A stretch of DNA of 64,000 bases from Escherichia phage vB_EcoM_TH18: sequence record ON075799; one strand, given 5' to 3'. A program made the position numbers and the translations under genes. A model generated the notes under the pieces. The model was not told the origin of the DNA, did not search any database, and was given only the letters and a program-made list of their open reading frames with translations. Of this stretch, positions 53,669-63,428 are shown piece after piece (positions within the stretch are counted from its first letter, which is position 1; the number at the start of each line of letters is the position of its first letter).

Positions 53669-55553
53669 CTGCCACAACATTGTTGGGAACTAGTTGGCGG
53701 TATTGTACCCACCCACGTAGATTTCCTGACCACATGTTTCCCTTTCTATCCATATGCGTCACGCCGTCACTTGCCTGTCCATCCCACCACAATGAAGCCT
53801 CATTCTCCAACATAGGTGTTGCAACATGCTCAAAAGGAGAGGCGTGTACCTTATCACCACTTGTTAACTTTTTATAGATATCAAGGGCTTTATCCTTAGT
53901 GTTGTTAAGCACGCGATAAGAGACTTGTGCACAACAAGACACAGAAATAGCAATTGCCTCATCAACACGTAGCATCACAGGTTCGTTGTTTTCGTCTAAA
54001 ACACAATACCCCTGAAATTCTCCAACACCCTCACCAACCTCAACTGTGTAGAGGTGCGCTACATATGGGGTGTGCCACTGCCCAGGTTCTAATGGTTCAG
54101 GTACAGACTCATCCACAGCTTGTTTCATGAGAGATGCTAGTTTATGGATCGTCGGGTCCGCATCTCCATCTTCGCGCAGATGGAAAAAATTATTCCAATC
54201 CGTAGCAGTAACAACAGTTTTCATCCTCTGGAACGGTTCCAGTAAGCGATTTGCCACCTGCTTGTGGTATCCAGCTTGTGAGTATGCTTCGGCAAAACGT
54301 GATGCACTTAAAGCCGCCAATTGCCACCAATCCTCTGGGGAATATCCAGCATCTATTTCAGCATTGTGATTACCATCATCTTGCATACCAGGTTTATTCT
54401 TACCAAATTGAACAGGCATGGCAGGATTTTTTCGTACTTGCTCAATCATCTTAGAGATTGGAATTGCTCTGCTACTCATGGCATTCCTGCTAAACAGTCT
54501 ATGCGTCATAAGTTCACAGTTCCCACTGATAAATACGACACCTTCCCTTCGAACAACCACGTAGGAGGTGTCTACACTTACACAATACACCTTCCCTACA
54601 TAGTCCTCATACTCGAAGATATCTTTATCCTGCCTTAGACTAATGTAGTTCGTAACTTTAAATGAGCATTTATACAGAGAGCCATACTTACGAATATTCA
54701 CAGAGTCACCATTCAGGTGAGCTAACACCTGAATTTGGTTAATCAGTGTTTTGGATGTGGTGTTATACTCCATGTTGTCAATATTGCCGTCTGAGAGTAG
54801 CAATGCTCTCTTAAATAAGCGGTACTGCTCCTTATTTAACCCTCTGATATATTTTGGTAATTTTTTCTCCCCTTCTCCAGTGTAACATGCTTCTGTTAAT
54901 GGGTTTTTATTAAAACTGATAACTATATCGTCCCCATATATAGAGGTGCTATATTCGTATCCACACTCTTCAAGGATACGTGTAACTTCCTGTACCTTCC
55001 GAGACTTTTTAAAGTGGAAGTTTGCCTTATTCCCCTTTTCTGGGGTATGCCCATCAGCAGCAAACCAAACACAAAATTCAATCTCCGCATCAGAAAGGTC
55101 ACACTTTGCATCCATTACCCCAGACTGCTCGATACGTAATGTTCCATAGTCTCCTACAAGTTCCTCAGCAAGAATCGTCTTACTTACAAATTTACCCCCA
55201 GTGGTCCTTTTTTTTTTCGTAAGGACTCGATGCTTGTCTGTAACAAGCATGGGGAACTTCTTCTTGTTCAGAGATACCATCCGATGACGACCTTCGTTCT
55301 CTATGTGTGCGGATGGGGTTACAAAGCTAATAGCTCCTGTTGTATCATCATACTGTGCTACCTTAGCATTGAGTGCAAATACTTCCCTGAAAGATCTGAA
55401 CTCTGGCAATTCCGAGTTAATCTGACTGAGTATCTCTGTCTTCTCGTCAAAGCAGTGAATAATGCGAGGGTATTCCAACTCAAAAGTGGTAATTCTGATA
55501 CCTTGTGGGGAAATACTGTCAGCTACGATATGTACAGAAATCTGATTATTCAT
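53664..55553 (-). CDS. thyX: ThyX-like (flavin-dependent thymidylate synthase family) protein containing an in-frame intein
   Basis: Extein motifs ELMTHRLFSRNAMSSR (RHR-x7-S-x-R spacing), NFFHLR and SPFEH; 312-aa insert with intein and LAGLIDADG features. Confidence 0.55.
   Translation of the reverse strand: MNNQISVHIVADSISPQGIRITTFELEYPRIIHCFDEKTEILSQINSELPEFRSFREVFALNAKVAQYDDTTGAISFVTPSAHIENEGRHRMVSLNKKKFPMLVTDKHRVLTKKKRTTGGKFVSKTILAEELVGDYGTLRIEQSGVMDAKCDLSDAEIEFCVWFAADGHTPEKGNKANFHFKKSRKVQEVTRILEECGYEYSTSIYGDDIVISFNKNPLTEACYTGEGEKKLPKYIRGLNKEQYRLFKRALLLSDGNIDNMEYNTTSKTLINQIQVLAHLNGDSVNIRKYGSLYKCSFKVTNYISLRQDKDIFEYEDYVGKVYCVSVDTSYVVVRREGVVFISGNCELMTHRLFSRNAMSSRAIPISKMIEQVRKNPAMPVQFGKNKPGMQDDGNHNAEIDAGYSPEDWWQLAALSASRFAEAYSQAGYHKQVANRLLEPFQRMKTVVTATDWNNFFHLREDGDADPTIHKLASLMKQAVDESVPEPLEPGQWHTPYVAHLYTVEVGEGVGEFQGYCVLDENNEPVMLRVDEAIAISVSCCAQVSYRVLNNTKDKALDIYKKLTSGDKVHASPFEHVATPMLENEASLWWDGQASDGVTHMDRKGNMWSGNLRGWVQYRQLVPNNVVAG
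54519..55454 (-). mobile_element. putative intein with LAGLIDADG-type endonuclease domain (residues ~34-345)
   Basis: Begins CFDEKTEIL, block-B-like VTDKHRVLT, LAGLIDADG-like FCVWFAADGHT and FKRALLLSDGNID, ends ...VVFISGN before Cys+1. Confidence 0.6.
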
Positions 55554-55873
55554 TATAAAGCCCCTTCCAGTTTCTTTAGAAAGTCATCTTTAAAACTATC
55601 TACCAGTTTCATATATTCTTCTGCAATCATATCCTCAATAATCCCACGGCGTTCAGAATATTTTTTATCGAAGGAGATCATTTCTTCGATTTCTTCTGCG
55701 GTGAAGATTTTTAAGTGCATATCGTTAATAATTTTAGTAACAAATTCCTCTGTGATACCCAGATCTTCAATTGTGATCCCTGTTCCTTCAAGGCCAAGGA
55801 TAGGGATGATTTTACCTGCACGAGCAATCATTTCAGTCTTAAGGTATTCAAAAGATTCTTTTTTCAACATCAT
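55553..55873 (-). CDS. hypothetical acidic protein (106 aa)
   Basis: ORF from six-frame track; stop overlaps the next start (TAATG). Confidence 0.5.
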   Translation of the reverse strand: MMLKKESFEYLKTEMIARAGKIIPILGLEGTGITIEDLGITEEFVTKIINDMHLKIFTAEEIEEMISFDKKYSERRGIIEDMIAEEYMKLVDSFKDDFLKKLEGAL

Positions 55874-56067
55874 CTTCCTCTCTTTTTTATCTTGAACTTT
55901 GTTTGTGGATCCATGCCAGCTTTAAAAACAAGATATCTTGTAAGAATATCGTTACACATATCGCTGGTAGCTTTAAAAGATATTAAGAAGTCTCCACTCT
56001 CTGTGAAAACTTCTACCCAATCTCCATATTTTACTACAAAATCACCTTTTGTGCATCGTCTAATCAT
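55870..56067 (-). CDS. hypothetical protein (65 aa)
   Basis: ORF from six-frame track. Confidence 0.45.
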   Translation of the reverse strand: MIRRCTKGDFVVKYGDWVEVFTESGDFLISFKATSDMCNDILTRYLVFKAGMDPQTKFKIKKRGR

Positions 56068-56669
56068 GCTATATCTAAAACAAAATCACGTATTGTATAC
56101 CAATCATCTGTTTCAAGGTCTAGGGATGTCTTTAATTCTTCAGACTGATCGTAAGGTGTTTTAAATTTAATTTTAATAACCTCTGGACCAAACTGATTAA
56201 GGAACTCATTCCTATCATCAATAATAACATCAACATCTACCCCAGCTTTATGCTTTGTTGCATAGAAAGCATGACCGGAACCAGGCTCTAGGCTGAAAAA
56301 CTCTTCTGTTTCTCTTTTTAGAAAGCGCACTTTAGATGAAAAATGACCTTTCATGCAATAAGAGACAAAATGATTAAAATGACCAGCTTTAGCCCATGCA
56401 GCCACGGCTTCCACTGCACCGGGGAGAGGTTTCAACTTATCGTAAAGATAAGGATCCTCCCAAAATTCATAAGGACTAAGCTGATGCACCTTCGCAGGTG
56501 GGAAATACTTAGAAACATTGTAATACAGCATACCTTGTGGATTAGGTGGTGGTAATGATAAATCCATTTTAACACCATAAACCTTTTCCAACCACTCAAT
56601 CCAAGGTGTTCCAGAGTCAACAAATGTCAAATCCACATCAATTCCGATCTTAAGCCTGTTCATCCTCAC
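56064..56669 (-). CDS. HAD-family phosphatase (5'-nucleotidase/deoxyribonucleotidase-like)
   Basis: N-terminal motif IGIDVDLTF (DxDxT HAD motif I). Confidence 0.55.
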   Translation of the reverse strand: MRMNRLKIGIDVDLTFVDSGTPWIEWLEKVYGVKMDLSLPPPNPQGMLYYNVSKYFPPAKVHQLSPYEFWEDPYLYDKLKPLPGAVEAVAAWAKAGHFNHFVSYCMKGHFSSKVRFLKRETEEFFSLEPGSGHAFYATKHKAGVDVDVIIDDRNEFLNQFGPEVIKIKFKTPYDQSEELKTSLDLETDDWYTIRDFVLDIA

Positions 56670-57274
56670 TTCACCTCACCAAGACCAGTTACTGAAAAAA
56701 CGAACCACTTATGGATTGATTTGGCACACTCTTCCATCTTACCATCAATATTCTCGAAATCTCTTTCGTACCCTCGGATCCCGTCTAAACAGAGCCAATT
56801 ACGACTATCATTGCCCCAGTCGCAACCTTCTCTGTGAATACGTGCCAAGAAGAATTTACCGCCAGTTTCATAGGCATAGTTGGAAAGCTCAAGAATCTCT
56901 TCTTTAAAACCACCATCTGAAAAAACAACCAACCACGCTTCTTGATAATTTTTCTTTAAGTTCTCTACAGCAGCTTTGCCAAATGCATTCTCACCGAAAA
57001 TTGGTTTAATCACATTCTCTGAACAATGGATCATCCATTCTCGTGGTGAAACATGCTTTCCATCAATTTGCAGGTAAGGGCACGGTTTTTCTTTGTATCT
57101 ACGGTCATAAAGACTGTTCCATAAATCTTTTGAAACTCCAGAAGACCTAACAGCAACTTCAAAAAGCAATTTCTTCACTTCTTCGTGAAAAACACCAGAA
57201 ATATTCTCACACAAATAAGAGCAAATAGCGTCTTTTCCAGCACCAGGTGGTGCATTTAAAACAAGAATATGCAT
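56666..57274 (-). CDS. P-loop kinase (deoxynucleoside monophosphate kinase-like)
   Basis: N-terminal Walker A ILVLNAPPGAGKD; size and context fit a phage dNMP kinase. Confidence 0.55.
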   Translation of the reverse strand: MHILVLNAPPGAGKDAICSYLCENISGVFHEEVKKLLFEVAVRSSGVSKDLWNSLYDRRYKEKPCPYLQIDGKHVSPREWMIHCSENVIKPIFGENAFGKAAVENLKKNYQEAWLVVFSDGGFKEEILELSNYAYETGGKFFLARIHREGCDWGNDSRNWLCLDGIRGYERDFENIDGKMEECAKSIHKWFVFSVTGLGEVK

Positions 57275-57288
57275 TCAATCTCCAACAA

Positions 57289-58263
57289 TCAGATGATATT
57301 GACAAGAGTATTAGCCATCTCTTCTTTGGTGCGGATATTACGTCTATCACGCATAACAGATCCGCAACATTCGCAACGGTAAGCCTGGAATTTTGATAAA
57401 TATGTTGTCCCTACCTTACCATCCATAACTGACAAATTATCAGAATTGCATCTTACGCAACGAAGCCCCACATTATCATCCGGCTCATTAAAAAGCGTAA
57501 CGTTAGGATGTTTTTTCATAAAAGGTCTTACTTTAAGGTAAATACCTTCCAGTGTTGGAATATCACCAATATTATAGTACTCCATTTCCTCAAACGCCTT
57601 AACATCTCCGTGGCAGCATCGTTTCCACAAAGAGATCCCTTCGTGGTGTCTTTTACGAGCTTCCAGTTGAAAGTAGTTACACGCAGCTTCTAAGGAGTTA
57701 GAAGGTAATGAAAAAGCATTCTTTAACTCAGCAAGAGTATCAATAACAATATATGGCGAGGGGGGGTTCATACCATGAAAAGCAAATCTTTGGTTTGCCC
57801 AACCCTTATCAAATTTAGCATTATGTGCAATAAAAATATCACACTCATCCAGAATATGCCACAAATCTTCCACAAGCTCTCTGTCATTATGGATATCTGT
57901 TTTAAATGTTTCGTAGTCAGGTAATTTACGACTTAATATTGCGGGGTTGTCTAACCACTTTCCTGCCCATGTTAACATATATGGTTCGCTCTCTACGTGG
58001 GACGGAGAGATGTTTTCTTTAACTCTTCTAAAAACCCAAGCCAATGTTGGTGCTACTTCCACATCACCAAGAAAAATCTTTGCCCCTGGTTTTTTAGTTA
58101 GGACTTCGACAATCTGTTTTGATGCCCCAGCATTCTGAGCGTGAGCTTTAAGAACTAACCTGATATGGGACTCTTTGCTTTCTTTTCCCAGATACCGACG
58201 AGCTATTTCTCTGTTGCTCAAGCCTTTAGATTTTAACTCTAGAATTTCTTCTGCACTAAGCAT
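57289..58263 (-). CDS. DEDD-family 3'-5' exonuclease with N-terminal HTH-like and C-terminal zinc-ribbon segments
   Basis: Exo motifs IFLGDVEV (DxE) and IAHNAKFD (H-x4-D); C-terminal CVRCN...CECCGS. Confidence 0.65.
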   Translation of the reverse strand: MLSAEEILELKSKGLSNREIARRYLGKESKESHIRLVLKAHAQNAGASKQIVEVLTKKPGAKIFLGDVEVAPTLAWVFRRVKENISPSHVESEPYMLTWAGKWLDNPAILSRKLPDYETFKTDIHNDRELVEDLWHILDECDIFIAHNAKFDKGWANQRFAFHGMNPPSPYIVIDTLAELKNAFSLPSNSLEAACNYFQLEARKRHHEGISLWKRCCHGDVKAFEEMEYYNIGDIPTLEGIYLKVRPFMKKHPNVTLFNEPDDNVGLRCVRCNSDNLSVMDGKVGTTYLSKFQAYRCECCGSVMRDRRNIRTKEEMANTLVNII

Positions 58264-58475
58264 TACACCTCTCTAACAAACTCGATGATATCGTTAACAG
58301 CAAAATCACGGACATCACCCTTGTCGATATCGTATGCCCTCATTAACCATTGGGGTTTTTTGTGATAAGGGGTCGTTCCAAACCACAATTTTGGGTCTAA
58401 AACATTCCTGTACCCACACTTACCTTTCCAGTTTTTATAATAAAAACGTAGAGGGTTATTCAAATCTTCAGCCAA
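58263..58475 (-). CDS. hypothetical protein (70 aa)
   Basis: ORF from six-frame track. Confidence 0.45.
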   Translation of the reverse strand: MAEDLNNPLRFYYKNWKGKCGYRNVLDPKLWFGTTPYHKKPQWLMRAYDIDKGDVRDFAVNDIIEFVREV

Positions 58476-58755
58476 ACTTCTCCTCCGTCTGCCTCACAAA
58501 TTCCTTCAAATACAAGATGATACTATCCTGCTTCTTAGCAGTTGAAGGAATGTCTAATCCAAGGTCTTGTTTTGCTCTTTCGATAATCTTTTCATTAGAG
58601 CATCTTCTTAAGAATTTTAGCATGTCATCCTTATATGAGGGATGTAATGGGTAACTGCTAAAATCCCTCTCAAGATAATCTGCAAGGTTTCTTAATGCTG
58701 TAGACAAAGATGTTTCTGTGTGAAGTGACACATACTTCATCCAAGCCTTCAACAC
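58468..58755 (-). CDS. hypothetical protein (95 aa)
   Basis: ORF from six-frame track. Confidence 0.45.
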   Translation of the reverse strand: MLKAWMKYVSLHTETSLSTALRNLADYLERDFSSYPLHPSYKDDMLKFLRRCSNEKIIERAKQDLGLDIPSTAKKQDSIILYLKEFVRQTEEKFG

Positions 58756-58979
58756 GTAACCTTCGAAAGTGTTAACACACTGACTAAGGACTCCACGGCA
58801 TTTTCCTTCAAAATGGTCATGATCAAGACAAGGGTTGCGAAGTGGCTCACCTAAAACAGGATCAAGACCATTCTGGTCTAAGATCAGATATTCTCTAAAC
58901 TCAGCTATTTGCTTAGGATTTTTTAACCAGAGACTATCGTTGAGAGGGACGCTTACTGCTTTCTTCCTTGGCTTACGTT

Positions 58980-59609
58980 TTACTTTCTGTTGTTTTTGTC
59001 TTTTTCTTGGGATAATTCCTCCAAGAATTTTTTACCTATTAGGTAAGCATCAGCATAATCGGATTTACCAGCAGCCAATGTAATACCATCTAACCAACCA
59101 GGACAAACACAATCAACAGCTCGTATCATGTGTGATTTTTCCATCTTTACTTTACGAGATGAGTATACCTTTTTCCCAGTCTTTTTGTCAAGTCTTTCTT
59201 TAACTATTTCTCTATCTTTTTCTGGGAGTAAGTTTCTGGCAAAAGACTTTAGAGAAGTTGGTGGTATTTTATGTATATTATCAAGCCACTCAGGTGATTT
59301 ATCACATAAGGCATAGACAATGCAATGGAACAAACCTGCCAAATCACGCGTCGCATTCCCTACAGATCCGAAACTCAAATCCTCCATCACATACTTATCT
59401 ATCTTGTACTTATCAACTAATTCCAAGATCTTTTGAACTATGTGTCTGATTTGTTCGTAGACTGTATCGTAATAAACGACATCTTTATTTTTCTTAGACC
59501 TGCTGGAGTTAGATCCTGTTCTAATCATCTCTCTATATATGGGAACACCATGCTCCCATATAACAACAGCGCAGTGGGAGATTGACTGGTCAACCGACAT
59601 CAGTCGCAT
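58980..59609 (-). CDS. RuvC-like Holliday junction resolvase
   Basis: N-terminal MSVDQSISHCAVVIWE, central VMEDLSFG...NATRDLAGL and C-terminal DYADAYLIG resemble RuvC catalytic motifs. Confidence 0.6.
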   Translation of the reverse strand: MRLMSVDQSISHCAVVIWEHGVPIYREMIRTGSNSSRSKKNKDVVYYDTVYEQIRHIVQKILELVDKYKIDKYVMEDLSFGSVGNATRDLAGLFHCIVYALCDKSPEWLDNIHKIPPTSLKSFARNLLPEKDREIVKERLDKKTGKKVYSSRKVKMEKSHMIRAVDCVCPGWLDGITLAAGKSDYADAYLIGKKFLEELSQEKDKNNRK

Positions 59610-59919
59610 CTAAACCCCCGCCAAAATCTTCAACAGCCTGATCTTTAAATAAAACTAAACCACATTCTAAATCACCATGCAACACACTTGTCAGAAGAAC
59701 TAGTCTTTCTCCTTCTACCAACTCACAATCTTCTAAAATCTGTGCAGCAAACATTTTATCCTTGTTTATAAAATCATCCTTAAAAAGGATATGATCACCA
59801 TTCTCATCTTCTACTAATTTCCACTGCCCTGTACCAACCAAGAACTTCGGTTTCAAAGACGATACAGAAAGTGCTTGGGAGTCCCTCATCACAGCTTCTA
59901 TAATCATCACATCTATCAT
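59590..59919 (-). CDS. hypothetical protein (109 aa)
   Basis: ORF from six-frame track. Confidence 0.5.
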   Translation of the reverse strand: MIDVMIIEAVMRDSQALSVSSLKPKFLVGTGQWKLVEDENGDHILFKDDFINKDKMFAAQILEDCELVEGERLVLLTSVLHGDLECGLVLFKDQAVEDFGGGLDATDVG

Positions 59920-61049
59920 AGTACCCCTACCCTTTTCAATTCTGTTGCTAGTGTTGTTTTATCATTGGGGTGTCTTTTCATGTAAACCATCTGGAAAATT
60001 ACAGATGCCCATTGACCAGCACTCATCTTTTTAAGGCTTCCATCCCAAGATGTAAATTCAACCCCGTTTGGAAACCATGCCTTATACTGGTCAACAATTG
60101 CTTCCCACATCTCTTTTTCTGTTCCAAGATGCCCGATCAAATTGAAAGCCGCAGTATCCCCAAATCTTCCGTTTATATCAAAGCACTGGTATGGCTTAAT
60201 ATTGTCAGAAATATCACCACAAAGCATCTGATAACCGAAGAACTTTTTGCCCCAGCCTTTAATCTTACTACCTTCCATCCATATTTCACCCATTGAGTCA
60301 TCAATCAGCATTGGGGTTGGATGTTTCCACTGCTTCTCCCCGTTATCGCGCATCGTATCAAATAGCAGACCTGGTGTTCCTTTCTGATCCTTATCGAAGG
60401 ATGCTATCAAGAAATTAAACTTACCTGTCTTCTTATAATTTTCCCACCCTGTGTACATTAGTACGGATAAGTAATCATCTGCTTCAACACCATTGATGAC
60501 TTTTGCATTGTACTTCTTCTTAACGTAATCTCGCGTTTCCTGTAAAAGCAACGGCCTGAGTAGATCTTCCCTATTACCTTTATATCTTTCTGGGGCAGGA
60601 AGCATAAGACGGAAATTATTCTCGCCACCAAGAACACCAACACCTTGCTTGCTGCTAATTTCAAGATGATCAAAAATAGCATTAATCTTCATTTTTAGGA
60701 GATGCAAGCAATTCTCAACAGGCTCTGGTGTTTGGATATCCTCAACAAGGAAGTCTTCCCTCGTCCATGGTGTAAATGATTTTCCTGCGGCCTTCGCTTT
60801 CATTTCCATATTAGCATTTTGGTCTTTTAGCCAACCGCCTACAACTTTTTTTGTTGATCCCCAAAACTCTGTGCGATTACGAAACTCTTTAGATTTCCCA
60901 GATTTAATATGCGTCGCTCGGATGGTTCTTTTTTCAGAGCCAGCAGCCGATACGTAACATGTTTGATCTAAATCCAAGACAATTACACAATCATTTGTGA
61001 TTTTATCTTTCCAGTTTTTATCGTATGGATACCCCACAACACCTCTCAA
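59916..61049 (-). CDS. 5'-3' exonuclease / flap endonuclease (FEN family)
   Basis: N-terminal VIVLDLDQT and the hallmark GVEADDYLSVL motif. Confidence 0.7.
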   Translation of the reverse strand: MRGVVGYPYDKNWKDKITNDCVIVLDLDQTCYVSAAGSEKRTIRATHIKSGKSKEFRNRTEFWGSTKKVVGGWLKDQNANMEMKAKAAGKSFTPWTREDFLVEDIQTPEPVENCLHLLKMKINAIFDHLEISSKQGVGVLGGENNFRLMLPAPERYKGNREDLLRPLLLQETRDYVKKKYNAKVINGVEADDYLSVLMYTGWENYKKTGKFNFLIASFDKDQKGTPGLLFDTMRDNGEKQWKHPTPMLIDDSMGEIWMEGSKIKGWGKKFFGYQMLCGDISDNIKPYQCFDINGRFGDTAAFNLIGHLGTEKEMWEAIVDQYKAWFPNGVEFTSWDGSLKKMSAGQWASVIFQMVYMKRHPNDKTTLATELKRVGVL

Positions 61050-61483
61050 GTATTACCTAAATAATCTTTCAAATAGCTAACGTCAAGTTCCCATTCCTGA
61101 CGCTTACTTCTCTCACGATACAAAGCAAATGCATCTTCAACATATTTTTCGGCTACATGTTGGGGGATGTTGTTGACTTTCATGAAATGCTTCAAAGCTA
61201 TATGCCCTCTACCTCGTAAACTAGCCAAACCGATATGTTTAACTTCGTGACACGATGGACATAGTGCAATAAGACCTTTCAGGGTGATCTTACCATCTTC
61301 AAAATCCCACACCTCGTGGCATTCAACAGGGTGTTTATGCCCTTTCCCTCCGCAGATTTCACATTTGTAACCTGCCTCTACATAACATTTCTTTCTTACC
61401 TTGTCCCATTCTGATTTTGATAAGTAAGAACGTAGATTGTTGAACCATGCCGTTTTAGGTACTAGCTCAATAGTTAATTTCAT
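61046..61483 (-). CDS. zinc-binding HNH-like protein (145 aa)
   Basis: CEICGGKGHKHPVECHEVWDF and CPSCHEVKH motifs. Confidence 0.45.
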   Translation of the reverse strand: MKLTIELVPKTAWFNNLRSYLSKSEWDKVRKKCYVEAGYKCEICGGKGHKHPVECHEVWDFEDGKITLKGLIALCPSCHEVKHIGLASLRGRGHIALKHFMKVNNIPQHVAEKYVEDAFALYRERSKRQEWELDVSYLKDYLGNT

Positions 61484-61661
61484 TCTTATTTCTCCCGAAG
61501 TACATATGCAAAATTCTCATCCAACTAGGCATTGGTAAAAGAGCCAGTAGAGAACATATCATTAATGCCTTCAAATCATAATCTTGGCAAACAAGCCATC
61601 CAATGCTTACCAAACATAAAGACAGGATAAAACTTAACAACATTATTAACATATTTTTCAT
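61467..61661 (-). CDS. small membrane protein (64 aa)
   Basis: Hydrophobic segments LIMLLSFILSLCLVSIGWL. Confidence 0.45.
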   Translation of the reverse strand: MKNMLIMLLSFILSLCLVSIGWLVCQDYDLKALMICSLLALLPMPSWMRILHMYFGRNKNEINY

Positions 61662-61681
61662 AACAATCTATGTTCTATGTT

Positions 61682-61879
61682 TTAATGAAAGGTTCTTTTT
61701 GATGGGCAGCTTCCAGCACCTTCTTTAACCACTGCTTCTGTTCTATGCCCGTCGCTATAGATACAGACTTTGGAATCACCATCACGATATTCTGCCTCAA
61801 GGCTCAAGGTGTTTGTGGTAGAAATTGCTAGAGGACTAAACAGAAGTGATGAGAAGAGGATAATGTTTTTAGCTTTCAT
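61682..61879 (-). CDS. small secreted protein (~65 aa)
   Basis: Start refined to MKAKNIILFSSLLFSPLAIS (signal-peptide-like). Confidence 0.45.
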   Translation of the reverse strand: MKAKNIILFSSLLFSPLAISTTNTLSLEAEYRDGDSKVCIYSDGHRTEAVVKEGAGSCPSKRTFH

Positions 61880-61892
61880 TTTTACCACCTTT

Positions 61893-61920
61893 GAAAAAGC
61901 CCGATGAAAGCTCATCGGGC
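61893..61920 (-). terminator. rho-independent terminator after the SPFH gene
   Basis: gcccgatga-aagc-tcatcgggc preceded on the plus strand by gaaaaa (U-run on the minus transcript). Confidence 0.65.
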
Positions 61921-61933
61921 ATACGGTATATTA

Positions 61934-62824
61934 TTACTTACCTGTAGGTAATGTTACAAACGGGGCTTGTGCTCCACTAGTCATATACACAGGTGTTACA
62001 CCATTCCATTTATTAATTGCTTCAAGCTGCATAATCTCTGGATTTTTACGCAGGGCAGCACCACGTAATTCAATAGACTCTGCATCACCTTTGGCAATCA
62101 GAATTTTGGCATCTGCCTCGCCTTGTGCCTGTAGACGTTTAGACTCAGCCTCACCACGAGCAGCCTCGATACGTTTCTGAGCTTCAGCTTTCACTTGCTG
62201 AATTTCGTTTTCACGAAGCAGTGCTTTTTGGGTTGCTTCGATCTTAGCATTGATGGAAGCCGTCACCTGTGGTGGATACACCAGATCGTCTGTATAAGAC
62301 AGCTTCACAAGCACAATACCAACAGGATCAAGTTTTTGTTTCAGATGCTTGGTTACACGCTCAAGCAGTTGTGTTTTTCCATCTCCAGCTAGTGTACCGA
62401 TATCCATTGAACCAGCTTCCTTGATCAAGGCATCAGAGATATTCTGGCGAATATTTACCTCTGTAATTTCTTGCACACCTTTACGGTACGTCTGGAAAAT
62501 AGTTGTTACTTTAGAACGATCAACATAATATTCAACACCAATTTTCGCAGAAACTGTCATAGAGTCTTTTGTCTGGAAATTGAATGGTTGATCATAGTTA
62601 TGCAACTGGTTAAAAGTCGGGAACTGATAAATCTCTTCGTTCCAAGTCAGCCAGTATTTACCTACCCCAACTTCTTGTTGTTGGACACCTTTTTCATCGC
62701 CGTACAGGTCAACTTTAACGCCAACGTAACCTGCTGGAACGGTTGCACGCTCACAACCTGTCAGACCAATTGCAGAGACTGCAAGAATACCTGCAAAAAT
62801 AACTCGTTTAATAGATTTAAACAT
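61934..62824 (-). CDS. SPFH/band-7 (stomatin/prohibitin/HflC-like) domain lipoprotein
   Basis: Signal peptide with lipobox LTGC, SPFH-like core, C-terminal coiled coil QKALLRENEIQQVKAEAQKRIEAARGEAESKRLQAQGEADAK. Confidence 0.7.
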   Translation of the reverse strand: MFKSIKRVIFAGILAVSAIGLTGCERATVPAGYVGVKVDLYGDEKGVQQQEVGVGKYWLTWNEEIYQFPTFNQLHNYDQPFNFQTKDSMTVSAKIGVEYYVDRSKVTTIFQTYRKGVQEITEVNIRQNISDALIKEAGSMDIGTLAGDGKTQLLERVTKHLKQKLDPVGIVLVKLSYTDDLVYPPQVTASINAKIEATQKALLRENEIQQVKAEAQKRIEAARGEAESKRLQAQGEADAKILIAKGDAESIELRGAALRKNPEIMQLEAINKWNGVTPVYMTSGAQAPFVTLPTGK

Positions 62825-62837
62825 TAAAACAATCTCC

Positions 62838-63050
62838 TTACTTTTTACGTTTCCCAGTCTTCTTCTTAGAAGACTTGCCTAAGAATACCTTACGCCCCCA
62901 GACAAAAATAATCATCGGAGACACAAGCAACATTGCAAATCCACACACTACCATCAGTGTGTCTTTTGCAGACAGCATTGTTGGCACTACAAATCCAATA
63001 ATGACACAGATAAAAACAAGAATACCAACGCAATTTAAATACGTCTTCAC
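62838..63050 (-). CDS. small membrane protein with basic C-tail (70 aa)
   Basis: Two TM-like segments then KSSKKKTGKRKK. Confidence 0.5.
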   Translation of the reverse strand: MKTYLNCVGILVFICVIIGFVVPTMLSAKDTLMVVCGFAMLLVSPMIIFVWGRKVFLGKSSKKKTGKRKK

Positions 63051-63052
63051 AA

Positions 63053-63370
63053 TTATCCCTCACTACCAAACAAAATATCCACCTCAGCCATTTGTTCGAT
63101 CTTCTCTTCAAGATCTTTACGTTTCTTTCCTGCTTGGTATTGTCGATCAAACAGAGCATTGATCATGGCATTAATAAATTTAGGATCGTAGCCGTGACTT
63201 TCTTTTTCTACTGAAACGATATCTTTAAGCATGTCACCTGCGTCTTTTTGCATGATGCGAGCTTCAACACCTTCCAAGATAACTTTTTTCAGTCGATCGC
63301 ACTCGACAGGATCAGAAGGTAAAGTATTTTTCAGTTCAATTTTTGTTTTAGGCATACGTGGCATTTTCAT
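63053..63370 (-). CDS. hypothetical protein (105 aa)
   Basis: ORF from six-frame track. Confidence 0.5.
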   Translation of the reverse strand: MKMPRMPKTKIELKNTLPSDPVECDRLKKVILEGVEARIMQKDAGDMLKDIVSVEKESHGYDPKFINAMINALFDRQYQAGKKRKDLEEKIEQMAEVDILFGSEG

Positions 63371-63428
63371 CTCCTCTGTCTACGTATAAATTTAATTATA
63401 AAATTTTTATATGGTTTGTCAAGGGGTG

